In this document: piece after piece, positions 10,636 through 19,487 of the stretch
How positions within the stretch are numbered: the stretch's first letter is position 1
Layout of the letters: every line of letters begins with the position of its first letter
Assembly (NCBI GenBank): GCA_964521325.1
Contig: CAZFRL010000002.1
Coordinates: 4,396 to 68,395, forward strand
DNA from: an uncultured Dehalococcoidales bacterium
GTDB lineage: Bacteria; Chloroflexota; Dehalococcoidia; Dehalococcoidales; CAZFRL01
Direction of reading: 5' to 3'
DNA: 64,000 bases
Notes under the pieces: model-generated
The model's input: the letters and a program-made list of their open reading frames with translations, nothing else
Told to the model about the DNA's origin: nothing
Database searches by the model: none
Translations under genes and position numbers: made by a program

Positions 10636-10779
10636 AGGGTGAGCCCAAATGAGACGTCACAGGCTCCTTTTCACAAACCCAGCCAATACTTTACTTTTAG
10701 AGGCAAAGTTGCTTTAATAGGAGCACCCCAGGCGAAGGAGATACGGGCAATACTCGACAAATATCAAGGGGGTGAAGTG

Positions 10780-11202
10780 ATGAAAGAAGCTGAAGAACAG
10801 GGAGGGGAAATAAGCTTAGAAACAGGCGCTATGACCAAGGAGTCATTAGAAGTATTGCTTAACACCCTACCTGTAGACCTTACCTTTGTTAATGCAGAAG
10901 ACAAAGTTCAATATTTCAGCCAATCCAAAGCAAGAATCTTTCCAAGAGCAAAGGCAGTTATCGGTCGTAAGGTTCAGCAATGTCACCCCCAAAAGAGTGT
11001 TCATAAAGTTCACCAAATCCTGGGTGATTTTAAGAGCGGGCAAAGAGACGTCGCTGAGTTCTGGATTCAGTTAAAAGAGCGGCTCATTTACATACGCTAC
11101 CTTGCCCTCCGGGATAAAAACAAGGAATATCTTGGCTGCTTGGAAGTAACCCAGGACATTACCGATATTAAAAAGATTGAGGGAGAGAAACGACTTCTGT
11201 GA
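10780..11202 (+). CDS. stand-alone PAS domain protein of the DUF438 type
   Basis: LPVDLTFVNAEDKVQYFS..RIFPR..VIGRKVQQCHPQKSVHKV..ILGDFKSG..AEFWI...YIRY.ALRD..EYLGCLEVTQDIT..K..EGEKRLL matches the C-terminal PAS part of DUF438 proteins. Start placed at ATG 10780, behind AAGGGGGTGA, rather than the track's GTG 10639. Confidence 0.6.
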   Translation: MKEAEEQGGEISLETGAMTKESLEVLLNTLPVDLTFVNAEDKVQYFSQSKARIFPRAKAVIGRKVQQCHPQKSVHKVHQILGDFKSGQRDVAEFWIQLKERLIYIRYLALRDKNKEYLGCLEVTQDITDIKKIEGEKRLL

Positions 11203-11211
11203 GGGGAAGCC

Positions 11212-11427
11212 ATGACCACAGGTAAAGATATTCCTCGCGAGATAGCCTTAAAGCTCTGTGATGAAATTCGGGCCGAAAACAAACACAAACCTTTTTCCAT
11301 TGGAAGACTTCAATGCTGGGACTGCTACAAGTGGGCCAAGAGAGATACAGAAAAGCTATGCCTATCCAGCGAAGGGGGCTGTTCACTGGTGAACAAACGA
11401 TATAAATTACAAAAGGAGCACAAATAA
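11212..11427 (+). CDS. hypothetical small Cys-containing protein (71 aa)
   Basis: ORF with a CWDC pair and three further Cys, co-directional with its neighbours. I recognised no family. Confidence 0.45.
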   Translation: MTTGKDIPREIALKLCDEIRAENKHKPFSIGRLQCWDCYKWAKRDTEKLCLSSEGGCSLVNKRYKLQKEHK

Positions 11428-11440
11428 AGGGAGGCTAAAA

Positions 11441-11698
11441 ATGACCACTAATGAAAAGTTTAGTGTATCGGGAAGCCAGTTAGTTGAGAAAGTTAAGCAA
11501 CTCATACATGAGGGTAACATCAGAAAGATCCGGGTGATACATGAAGGGAAAACTATATTTGAGATTCCACTAACAATAGGGGCACCAGCAGCGGCAATAG
11601 GGATTATGGTAGCTCCGGTTTTGGCGGCTCTGGGCGCTTTTGCTGCGCTGGTAACCGAATGCACCATTGAGGTGGAGAAGGTAGAAAAATCCGACTAA
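11441..11698 (+). CDS. DUF4342-like small protein
   Basis: GSQLVEKVKQLIHEGNIRKIRV..EGKTIFEIPLTIG followed by a Gly/Ala-rich hydrophobic segment. AAGGGAGG RBS. Confidence 0.65.
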   Translation: MTTNEKFSVSGSQLVEKVKQLIHEGNIRKIRVIHEGKTIFEIPLTIGAPAAAIGIMVAPVLAALGAFAALVTECTIEVEKVEKSD

Positions 11699-11712
11699 AA
11701 AGAGAGCGTATC

Positions 11713-12177
11713 GTGCCCTCAAAGGGAGGCCTAACCATAAAGGGAAGCTATATCCTTCTCATTGAGCTCCCTGAAGAGCAGACGATTACAATAGGCAGCC
11801 TGAAAGCTATTTACTTCCCTCGCGGCTACTATGCCTATATCGGCTCAGCCATGGGCAAGTTCAAATCTAGATTAAGCTATCACCTCAAAAGCAATAAAAA
11901 ACCTCACTGGCATATTGACTATCTATTGGAGAAGGCATCCATCACTGACATAATTCTCTGCGAGACTGAGGAAAGAATTGAGTGCACCATTGCGCAGGCT
12001 GTTAACGGTCAATTTGATTCTATCCCTGGCTTCGGCTCCAGTGATTGTAAGTGCAACAGCCACCTCTTTTTTGCCACTGATGGCAACCAAATGAAATCAA
12101 GGGTTATGGCAACCCTCGACTCACTGGGTATGGAGCCGAGGTTAGCTCAAGACTTTAGGGTGAGGCTAACCAAATGA
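11713..12177 (+). CDS. GIY-YIG-related DUF123 (Uri superfamily) protein
   Basis: YILLIEL.....I..GSL.....PRGYYAYIGSAMG....RL.YHL......HWHIDYL pattern. GTG start. Confidence 0.65.
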   Translation: MPSKGGLTIKGSYILLIELPEEQTITIGSLKAIYFPRGYYAYIGSAMGKFKSRLSYHLKSNKKPHWHIDYLLEKASITDIILCETEERIECTIAQAVNGQFDSIPGFGSSDCKCNSHLFFATDGNQMKSRVMATLDSLGMEPRLAQDFRVRLTK

Positions 12178-12806
12178 CACAAATTATCCTGGCAAGACAC
12201 GGAGAAACTGAATGGAATGTAGAGGAAATATTTAGAGGAAGAATTGATATTGAGCTTAATGAAACCGGAATTAAACAGGCGGAATTACTAACTGAATATC
12301 TAGGCACTCTAAAGATAGATGCCATTTGCTCCAGCCCATTAAAGCGAGCCCTAAAGACAGCCGAGATGGTTGCCAGTTATCATAAACTTAATGTAGAGAT
12401 TGCTCCCGGTCTAATAGATTTTAATTATGGAAAATGGCAAGGCTTAGCCCATCAAGAGGTAAAAGATAAATATAAAGGGCTCTATACGGAATGGATTAAA
12501 AATCCCCACCAGGTAAAAATGCCGGGCGGTGAAAGCCTAAACGATGTCAGGGAAAGAGCTATGGGTGTGGTGAATGATGTAATAGCCAAATATAATGGCA
12601 CTGTAATCTTAGTATCTCACCGCGTGGTGAATAAGGTTTTAATATGCGCTCTACTGGGACTGGATAATTCCCATTTCTGGAATATAAGGCAAGATACCTG
12701 CGGCATTACAACCTTTGTTTATGAAAATAAACGATCCATACTTATCAGGCATAATGACACATCCTATCTGAAACCTATACAGAAAGCTCCGCTCAGCGAT
12801 TTCTGA
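12174..12806 (+). CDS. histidine phosphatase family protein (phosphoglycerate mutase-like)
   Basis: RHGETEWN catalytic motif and a C-terminal SH (VSHRVV). ATGA overlap with the upstream gene. Confidence 0.85.
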   Translation: MTQIILARHGETEWNVEEIFRGRIDIELNETGIKQAELLTEYLGTLKIDAICSSPLKRALKTAEMVASYHKLNVEIAPGLIDFNYGKWQGLAHQEVKDKYKGLYTEWIKNPHQVKMPGGESLNDVRERAMGVVNDVIAKYNGTVILVSHRVVNKVLICALLGLDNSHFWNIRQDTCGITTFVYENKRSILIRHNDTSYLKPIQKAPLSDF

Positions 12807-12808
12807 CT

Positions 12809-13795
12809 TCAATAGGGCTGACTATACATCAGCGACGAGAGGTGTTTTATGCGTTTCAGCATATTGGGATGGGTGCTGAAAAGCTCCATTAACTTGTCAC
12901 CAAAACTAAGGCGCACTTTCTTTATTCTTAATGCCTCCAGTTCATAGACATCTATGGTGCCGCTCATGTCAGTATCCACTTCCTTCAGCTCTCTAATCTC
13001 AGTTAGCGCTCGTGATGGGTCATTGACAAAGAACGCCTTTACCCCTTCCACTCTCTTAAAGGCTTCCTTCGGCACCTTTGCATTTCCATAAGCCAGCTTG
13101 TACAAAGCTGTAGCCAGGTAATTAGGCTGATTGCCCAATCTAACGCTTCCCCGGTCAGCATAGTACTCCCTGATTCGGGAGCCGTACAGCACCAACAGAT
13201 TGGTAATAAAATAGATGATAAGCATACCCAGTCCGATAAGGGGCAGGATGTTAGCGCCTCCCTGGCTGCCTCTACTTCTGCCTCCAAACGCACCTGACCA
13301 CAACAAGCTAATAGCAATAAAGTAGCATATCATCGGCAGCACACTGAGCATGGTAATGAAAATCATATCGCGGTTCTTCACATGTGAAATCTCGTGCCCC
13401 AATACAGCCCTCAATTCATCCCGGCTCAGCAGCCTCATTATGCCTCGAGTCACACAGACCCTGGCATCGGACTGGGTTCTACCAAAGGCAAAGGCGTTGG
13501 GCATGGTCAATTCAGAAACACAAACCCTGGGCTTCTTTATCCCCGCCCCCCCAGCCAGCTCACCAACCATCTGGTGCAATTCAGGCTCTTGCCTCTCCGA
13601 GACATATTTAATCTTCATAACCGCCGCCACTATAGCCGGACCAACCAAATACTGGAGTAAAACAAGTCCAGCCGCCAGGCTGGCATACAGAACAAATCCA
13701 CCAGCACCTAAGAGGCTTGATATGCCGAGTATTATTGCATACAGGATGCCAAACATCAGCCCCACCAGCAGGTATAGTCTTACTTGCAACCCCAT
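12809..13795 (-). CDS. htpX: M48 zinc metalloprotease, HtpX-like
   Basis: HEISH (HExxH) at residues 134-138, four TM segments, downstream Glu ligand region (REYYADRGS). Contains an EF-hand-like loop; see findings. Confidence 0.9.
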   Translation of the reverse strand: MGLQVRLYLLVGLMFGILYAIILGISSLLGAGGFVLYASLAAGLVLLQYLVGPAIVAAVMKIKYVSERQEPELHQMVGELAGGAGIKKPRVCVSELTMPNAFAFGRTQSDARVCVTRGIMRLLSRDELRAVLGHEISHVKNRDMIFITMLSVLPMICYFIAISLLWSGAFGGRSRGSQGGANILPLIGLGMLIIYFITNLLVLYGSRIREYYADRGSVRLGNQPNYLATALYKLAYGNAKVPKEAFKRVEGVKAFFVNDPSRALTEIRELKEVDTDMSGTIDVYELEALRIKKVRLSFGDKLMELFSTHPNMLKRIKHLSSLMYSQPY

Positions 13796-13886
13796 ATTCC
13801 AAACCTCCTACTACACTTGATTATATCATAAATCCACCTAACCTATTATTCATAAACTCCCCCTCCTTCTGTCACGCCCTTCACTC

Positions 13887-13895
13887 TGTTATAAT
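13887..13895 (+). promoter_or_regulatory. extended -10 promoter element (TGTTATAAT) of polA
   Basis: TGnTATAAT ends 6 nt before the polA ATG (13902) and there is no SD sequence in between. This implies a leaderless or near-leaderless transcript. Confidence 0.4.
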
Positions 13896-13901
13896 TAGAC
13901 T

Positions 13902-16628
13902 ATGAAGAAACCGCTGCTGCTATTATTTGATGGTAATGCCATTGTCCACCGCGCCTTCCACGCCCTGCCACCACTGACAGTGAGTAAAACCGGTGAGATG
14001 GTGGGGACTGTCTACGGCTTTGCCCTCATGCTGCTGAAGACAATAAATGAGCTAAAACCTACTCATTATGCCATTGCCTTTGATAAGAAAGCCCCTACTT
14101 TCAGGCACGAGATGTTTGACCAGTATAAGGCACACCGACCTAAGACCCCTGATGAACTGGTCAATCAACTGGGACGGGTTAAGCAGCTGGTAGAAGCCTT
14201 CCGTATGCCCATCTTTGAACTCGACGGCTATGAGGCAGATGATATTTTGGGCAGCCTTAGCCAACAGGCCAGCCAGCAGAGTATTGACACTATCATTGTC
14301 ACCGGTGATGCCGATGCCATGCAACTGGTTTCACCCCGGGTAAGGGTACTGGCTCCAAAACGAACCTTTAGTGATACCATGCTCTATGATGAAGCCGCAG
14401 TGAGCCAGAAATATGGCATCAAGCCGGAGCAGATTGCCGATTTCAAAGCGCTGAAGGGTGACCCCTCAGATAATATCCGCGGTGTCCCTGGCATAGGTGA
14501 GAAAACTGCCGTCAAGCTTATCCAGCAATTTGGCACCATAGACCAGATTTATGCTCATATAGATGAGGTAACCCCACCCAAGCTCCAATCGCTACTGCAA
14601 ACCAACGAAGCCCTTGCCCGCCAGAGTAAGGAGCTGACTACTATTGTTACCCAGACACCGGTTAGCCTTAACCTGAATGACTGTCAGATTAGCCAGTATG
14701 ACCGACATCAGGTAACTGAGCTTTTCCGTGAACTTGAGTTTTTTAGCCTGCTGCCAAGATTGCCTGACGTCACAACCAAAGAAGCAGCCCCAGAACTGCC
14801 CCCTACTCAGGTTGAAACCAGGACCCTACCCCAGCGGGCCTATCATATTATCAATACTATCCCAGCCCTTGACGAGCTACTAAACCGCCTATCAGCAGCC
14901 AAGTCCTTTACTTTTGACCTGGAGACTACAGGCTTAGATGCTATGTTAGTTCAATTGGTCGGCATATCTATATCGCCAACCCCTGGCGAGGCTTACTATA
15001 TCCCCGTTGGTCATGTTGGCTGGGGAGAGGTGGAGCAACTGCCACTCAACCAGGTCATCAATCGCCTCAAGCCTCCCCTGGAAGACTCTAATCTAGCCAA
15101 GCTTGCCCATAACGGCAAGTATGATATGACAGTGCTGGCTGAATACGGGATAACGGTTAATAATCTGGCTTCTGATACTATGGTCGCTGCCTATCTATTA
15201 TGTGAGAAATCACTGAGTTTGAAAGCCCTCGCCTTTAGCAAACTAGGCATTGAAATGACACCTATTACCGCCCTTATTGGCTCAGGAGCCAAGCAGATTT
15301 CTATGTCTCAGGTAGAGATAAATCAGGCTGCTGATTACGCCTGCGCTGATGCTGACATCACCGGGCAACTGACCGAATTACTGGAGGCAGAGCTTCACCA
15401 GCAAGGGCTATGGCAGCTATTCTCTGAGGTTGAGATGCCACTGGTGCCAGTGCTCACCAGTATGGAAAGGAACGGGGTAGCCCTGGATACAGAGCTATTG
15501 AGGCAGATGTCACACCGTCTTGGTGAGCAGTTGATGAGGCTAGAGGCTGAGATATATAACAGTGTAGGTCACCGCTTCAATATAAACTCACCCCAGCAAC
15601 TTAGCTCTGTCTTATTCCAGGAGCTGGGGTTGCCACCGGCCCGTAAAACAAAGGGTGGCTACTCTACCGGGGCAGCAGTGCTGGAGGAACTCCGTAGAAG
15701 CCACCCCATCATTGAATTTATTTTAGACTACCGCCAGTTAGCCAAGCTCAAGTCAACCTATATTGACGCCCTACCCGGCTTAATCAACCCCAAAACAAGG
15801 CGAGTTCATACCAGCTTTAACCAGACAAAAACAGCTACCGGTCGACTTTCCTCAAGTGAGCCTAATCTGCAAAATATCCCGATTCGAGGTGAACTAGGCA
15901 AAGAGATAAGAAAGTCCTTTATTGCTCCACCCAGCTCTTATCTCTTGGCTGGAGACTATTCACAGATTGACCTTCGCGTCTTGACCCACCTGTCTCAGGA
16001 TAAAGAGCTGCTTGATGCCTTTAACCGGGACGAGGATATTCATGCCGCCACTGCCGCTCAACTCTTTGGTGTGGACGCCTCACAGATAACAACAGATATG
16101 CGCCGCCTGGCTAAAACAGTCAATTTCGGTGTCATCTACGGTATGAGCGACTACGGGCTGGAGCAGGCCACCGAGCTATCACGAGAAGAAGCTGCACAGT
16201 TCATTGCTGCTTACTTTGAAAAATACCCCGGGGTAAAGCAATATCTTGAGTCAACCAAACAGCAGGCAAGAGAGACAGGCTATGTCCAAACGCTACTGGG
16301 CAGGAGGCGTTTCATCCCTGAAATTGATTCTCCCAACCGACAGGTGAGGGAAGCCGCTGAGCGTATGGCAATAAATATGCCAGTGCAGGGCACGTCAGCC
16401 GACATCATAAAGGTGGCTATGATTAACCTGAACCGGGAGATGGACAAGCGCCGATTGAAAAGCAAGATGCTGCTTCAGGTGCACGATGAGCTTGTCTTTG
16501 AAGTACCCCAGGATGAGCTTAAAGAGATGCGCCAATTAGTACCCGAAATAATGTCCACCGCTCTACAACTCAGCATCCCGCTAAAAGTAGACATCAAAAC
16601 TGGCAACCACTGGGGAGAGATGGAATAA
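13902..16628 (+). CDS. polA: DNA polymerase I
   Basis: 5'-nuclease, 3'-5' exonuclease and family-A polymerase motifs (DYSQIDLRVL, RRLAKTVNFGVIYG, QVHDELVFE). Confidence 0.97.
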   Translation: MKKPLLLLFDGNAIVHRAFHALPPLTVSKTGEMVGTVYGFALMLLKTINELKPTHYAIAFDKKAPTFRHEMFDQYKAHRPKTPDELVNQLGRVKQLVEAFRMPIFELDGYEADDILGSLSQQASQQSIDTIIVTGDADAMQLVSPRVRVLAPKRTFSDTMLYDEAAVSQKYGIKPEQIADFKALKGDPSDNIRGVPGIGEKTAVKLIQQFGTIDQIYAHIDEVTPPKLQSLLQTNEALARQSKELTTIVTQTPVSLNLNDCQISQYDRHQVTELFRELEFFSLLPRLPDVTTKEAAPELPPTQVETRTLPQRAYHIINTIPALDELLNRLSAAKSFTFDLETTGLDAMLVQLVGISISPTPGEAYYIPVGHVGWGEVEQLPLNQVINRLKPPLEDSNLAKLAHNGKYDMTVLAEYGITVNNLASDTMVAAYLLCEKSLSLKALAFSKLGIEMTPITALIGSGAKQISMSQVEINQAADYACADADITGQLTELLEAELHQQGLWQLFSEVEMPLVPVLTSMERNGVALDTELLRQMSHRLGEQLMRLEAEIYNSVGHRFNINSPQQLSSVLFQELGLPPARKTKGGYSTGAAVLEELRRSHPIIEFILDYRQLAKLKSTYIDALPGLINPKTRRVHTSFNQTKTATGRLSSSEPNLQNIPIRGELGKEIRKSFIAPPSSYLLAGDYSQIDLRVLTHLSQDKELLDAFNRDEDIHAATAAQLFGVDASQITTDMRRLAKTVNFGVIYGMSDYGLEQATELSREEAAQFIAAYFEKYPGVKQYLESTKQQARETGYVQTLLGRRRFIPEIDSPNRQVREAAERMAINMPVQGTSADIIKVAMINLNREMDKRRLKSKMLLQVHDELVFEVPQDELKEMRQLVPEIMSTALQLSIPLKVDIKTGNHWGEME

Positions 16629-16629
16629 A

Positions 16630-17454
16630 TTGCCAGAGCTGCCTGAAGTAGAAACGATAAAGAACGAGTTGCTGCCTTATGTTGTTGGGCACCGTGTTAC
16701 CGGCATCACTCTAATCTGGGAGGGCATAGTCCGCCAGCCATCAGTAGAAGAATTCCGTTCCCGCCTTATAGGACAATGTATCACCGGGTTGACCCGGCGG
16801 GGCAAATACCTCATCTTTAGCTTGACCAGCGGTGAAGCGTTAATTATCCATCTAAAAATGACTGGCTCGCTATTGATAAAGCCAACCCCGGCTGAACCTG
16901 AGAAATTTACCCGTGCCATAATCCATCTGGATGGAGAAACCAGCCTCCACTTTCGTGACCCGCGTAAGCTGGGGGTGATGTGGCTGATAAAGGATGCAAA
17001 TTCAGTTGTCGGTAAGCTTGGTCCTGAACCACTGGAAGCCGATTTTACTCCTCAACTCCTGGCCCAACTTCTGAATAAGCGTACAGCGCCAGTTAAGGCT
17101 GTGCTCTGCGACCAGAACTTTATTGCCGGCGTAGGCAATATGTATGCCGATGAATCCCTGTTTGCTGCCAGGATCCACCCACTAAGATCAGGGAAAAGCC
17201 TGTCTCAAAACGAGATAGAACGTCTTCACTGCGCTATTCAGCAGGTGCTATGGTCAGCCATTGGCAATAAGGGAGCCAGTGTGGAAAACTACTTTCGTCC
17301 CGATGGACAACTAGGCACAGCCCACTTTCAGTTTCAGGTTGCCCATTACCTCAGTGGCAAGTTCTGTCCTGTCTGTGGCACCCCCCTCCAGCGTATCCCC
17401 ATCCGCAACCGTGGCAGTTACTTCTGCCCCCGCTGCCAGCCTCTAGAAGATTAG
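16630..17454 (+). CDS. mutM: formamidopyrimidine-DNA glycosylase
   Basis: N-terminal PELPEVE and C-terminal zinc finger CPVCG...CPRCQ. TTG start. Confidence 0.93.
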   Translation: MPELPEVETIKNELLPYVVGHRVTGITLIWEGIVRQPSVEEFRSRLIGQCITGLTRRGKYLIFSLTSGEALIIHLKMTGSLLIKPTPAEPEKFTRAIIHLDGETSLHFRDPRKLGVMWLIKDANSVVGKLGPEPLEADFTPQLLAQLLNKRTAPVKAVLCDQNFIAGVGNMYADESLFAARIHPLRSGKSLSQNEIERLHCAIQQVLWSAIGNKGASVENYFRPDGQLGTAHFQFQVAHYLSGKFCPVCGTPLQRIPIRNRGSYFCPRCQPLED

Positions 17455-17472
17455 TCAGACTAATGGAGCCAA

Positions 17473-18258
17473 TTACCGCCCTTTCCACGGGTGCGGTGGT
17501 CTTTTTTCCATAAAGGCATCTACCCCTTCTCTACCATCCTCTGTATCAGCATTAGCGCTGATCATTTCCACGGCATATTCATAAGCCTGGTTGTGTTCCA
17601 TGTCAGCCATTGTGTAAAATGCCTGTTTACCAAATTGAACAGCAAGCGGGACTTTGCCTGTGATTTTCTCTGCCAGTTCAAAGGCTGCATTTTCCAGGTC
17701 TTTCTGCGGAACCACCTTATTCACCAAGCCAATTCTCTCAGCTTCAGTAGCACTAATAACATCCCCGGTTAAAATCATTTCCAGACACTTTTTTCTGCCC
17801 ACCGAGCGATATATTGCTGCCATCGGGGTCACACAGGCGAAGCCAATATTCACCCCCGGTGTCTGAAACTTCGCCTCCTCCGAGGCTACCACCAGGTCGC
17901 ATCCAGCAGCCAGAGCACAACCCATGGCAGTGGCATAACCATTAACGGCAGCAATCACCACCTTGCTGATAGCGGCGATAGTTTGTAATACCTGCACCGA
18001 CTTGCCAAAGGTACGGCGAAAATCAGCCAGGGTTTTACCCTGTATCTCAGAAAAATCGTGGCCGGAGCAAAATGTATCTCCCGCACCCCTGATAACAATT
18101 GCACCCACACCAGAGTCTTCATCAAACTTCCGAAGAGCGTCGAGCATTTCTCCCATGAGTGCAGCATTTAAAGCATTGCGCACCTTGGGCCGATTCAGTG
18201 TGATTACCCCTATCCTGTTCCTCTTCTCCACAATGAGCATCTTATATTCCATTATCAC
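17473..18258 (-). CDS. enoyl-CoA hydratase/isomerase (crotonase) family protein
   Basis: Crotonase fold pattern (ITLNRP...NAL, RGAGDTFCSGHD, AAVNGYATAMGC). Confidence 0.9.
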   Translation of the reverse strand: MIMEYKMLIVEKRNRIGVITLNRPKVRNALNAALMGEMLDALRKFDEDSGVGAIVIRGAGDTFCSGHDFSEIQGKTLADFRRTFGKSVQVLQTIAAISKVVIAAVNGYATAMGCALAAGCDLVVASEEAKFQTPGVNIGFACVTPMAAIYRSVGRKKCLEMILTGDVISATEAERIGLVNKVVPQKDLENAAFELAEKITGKVPLAVQFGKQAFYTMADMEHNQAYEYAVEMISANADTEDGREGVDAFMEKRPPHPWKGR

Positions 18259-18278
18259 CTCCGTAAATTATGCTCTTA

Positions 18279-19487
18279 CTATGATATTACTCCCTGCCGC
18301 CTGAGCTCAACCATCTCATCTTCACTCATCCCCAGTAGCTGTTTATACACGTAGTCATTGTCCCAACCCAAAACTGGGGCTGCCCGACTATACTTAGCCG
18401 GAGTATCTGATAGCTTTATTGGCGTGGCATCAGATATAGTCTTGCCCAACTCCGGGTGGTCAAGCTCAATAAAGAAGCCCCGTGCCTTAAGCTGATGGTC
18501 ATTAGCTAAATCGCCGGCATTCTGAACCACCCCGGCAGCAACTCCCTGCCGCTGAAGCCGAGCCATTACCTCCTCAGCCTTGTGCTTCCTTGTCCATTCT
18601 CCCACAAGCCTGTCCAACTCCTCAACATTCTCAATCCTGCCGGATAAGGTGGCAAACCGCTTGTCCTTAGCCCACGGTGGGTTGCCTAAAGCCCGCTGAA
18701 ATCCCTGCCATTCTTCATCGCTAAATACGGCAATAGCACACCAGCGGTCATCACCCTGACACCGGTAGACATTATGTGGCGCCGCCTGAGTTGAGCTATT
18801 GCCTACCGGCTCTGGTGATTTGCCATCGACAGCATATTCCAGGATAGCGCTACCCAATAAACTGGACATTGCCTCCACCTGTGAGACATCAATGTACTGT
18901 CCTTCTCCTGTCCTCTGCCTGTATTCCACAGCACCGAGCAGGGCTAAGCAAGCTAGCAGACCAGCTATATGGTCAGCATAAGACGTGCCTAAGCCTATTG
19001 GTGGCTTACCGGGGAAGGAGGTAAGATAGGTTATGCCGGAAAAAGCCTGGACTGTGGGACCAAAGCCCACATAGTCTCGCCACGGTCCGGTGTTTCCCAT
19101 GGTTGACATACTGAGCATAATCAGGTCGGGCTTGAGTTTCTTCAGGCTAGGATAGTCCAACCCCCAGTTAGTCATCACCCTCGGGGTGAAGTTTTCAACT
19201 ACGGCATCGCTAATGCCTACCAACCTTTTGGCGAGAGCCACCCCCCGGGGCTTATTAAGGTTAAGGGTTATACCCAGCTTATTACGATTCCAGGTGTTAT
19301 AGTAGCCACGACTGAACTTGTCCTCTACCGGTGGCAAAAGCGGCTGAACCTTAATCACCTCAGCCCCAAAATCAGCCAGAATCCGGGTAGCATACGGTCC
19401 CGCCAGCACCCAGGTAAAATCAAGGATGCGGATGTTGTGTAAGATAGAGTGGTTAGTCATTGCTTTATTCTTTTCCCTAATCCTCAT
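18279..19487 (-). CDS. CoA transferase, family III (CaiB/BaiF)
   Basis: IRILDFTWVLAGPYATRILADFGAEVIKV N-terminus typical of family III. The real start may be Met10 (19460). Confidence 0.9.
   Translation of the reverse strand: MRIREKNKAMTNHSILHNIRILDFTWVLAGPYATRILADFGAEVIKVQPLLPPVEDKFSRGYYNTWNRNKLGITLNLNKPRGVALAKRLVGISDAVVENFTPRVMTNWGLDYPSLKKLKPDLIMLSMSTMGNTGPWRDYVGFGPTVQAFSGITYLTSFPGKPPIGLGTSYADHIAGLLACLALLGAVEYRQRTGEGQYIDVSQVEAMSSLLGSAILEYAVDGKSPEPVGNSSTQAAPHNVYRCQGDDRWCAIAVFSDEEWQGFQRALGNPPWAKDKRFATLSGRIENVEELDRLVGEWTRKHKAEEVMARLQRQGVAAGVVQNAGDLANDHQLKARGFFIELDHPELGKTISDATPIKLSDTPAKYSRAAPVLGWDNDYVYKQLLGMSEDEMVELRRQGVIS

Noticed and set aside
17451-17463. Palindrome TTAGTC-A-GACTAA between mutM and the crotonase gene
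   Set aside because: A 6-bp arm with a 1-nt centre cannot form a hairpin terminator. It contains the mutM stop codon and is short enough to arise by chance.
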